NCBI GenBank assembly: GCA_043228905.1
Contig: JBHGNT010000006.1
Coordinates: 930,001-994,000, forward strand
Reading direction: 5' to 3'
DNA: 64,000 nt
DNA from: Azolla caroliniana
Taxonomy: Eukaryota > Plantae > Polypodiophyta
Part shown: positions 63,881-64,000 of the stretch, in pieces
How positions within the stretch are numbered: the stretch's first letter is position 1
Layout: every line of letters starts with the position of its first letter
Translations under genes and position numbers: made by a program
The notes under the pieces: generated by a model
Told to the model about the DNA's origin: nothing
Databases searched by the model: none
The model's input: the letters and a program-made list of their open reading frames with translations, nothing else

Positions 63881-64000
63881 GGACATTCTCTCAAGAAACC
63901 GAAGAAATTATACATACACCAAACTAATTATAATTAAAGTCACTCAATTTTATAGATAATAAAAAAGAATCTTTATGGTATCTTTAGGAATCTTTAAATT

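Overview
Eukaryotic land-plant genomic DNA, repeat-rich (possibly a fern or other non-seed plant; weak inference). It holds three intact host genes: a canonical 4-exon actin (+, 9737-11738), a UDP-L-rhamnose synthase RHM (-, 14365-17438) and an RF298/PIR-type RING E3 ligase (-, 38991-42194). These sit among nested and partly deleted Ty1/copia elements, a young gag-only tRNA-Trp-primed LTR element, and L1- and RTE-type LINE remnants. The most unusual locus is at the right end (59526-63880). It is a spliced, minus-strand gene, reconstructed here from five exons, that fuses a ParB/Srx-like domain to a prokaryote-type beta-class DNA amino-methyltransferase (N6A/N4C; DIPY ... WxKxN ... PYQKP ... 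VLDLFFGT-STT). Directly upstream of it lies an array of about 14 palindromes (AATCCGATGCAnTGCATCGGATT), suggesting a ParB/parS-like plus DNA-modification module carried by an unclassified mobile element. Other oddities are a tRNA-like Pol III cassette inside an LTR, a plastid-type 23S rRNA A-loop fragment inside an LTR-like end, and a 1043-aa in-frame chimeric copia ORF between unrelated LTRs. All calls come from manual reading; no database searches were run.
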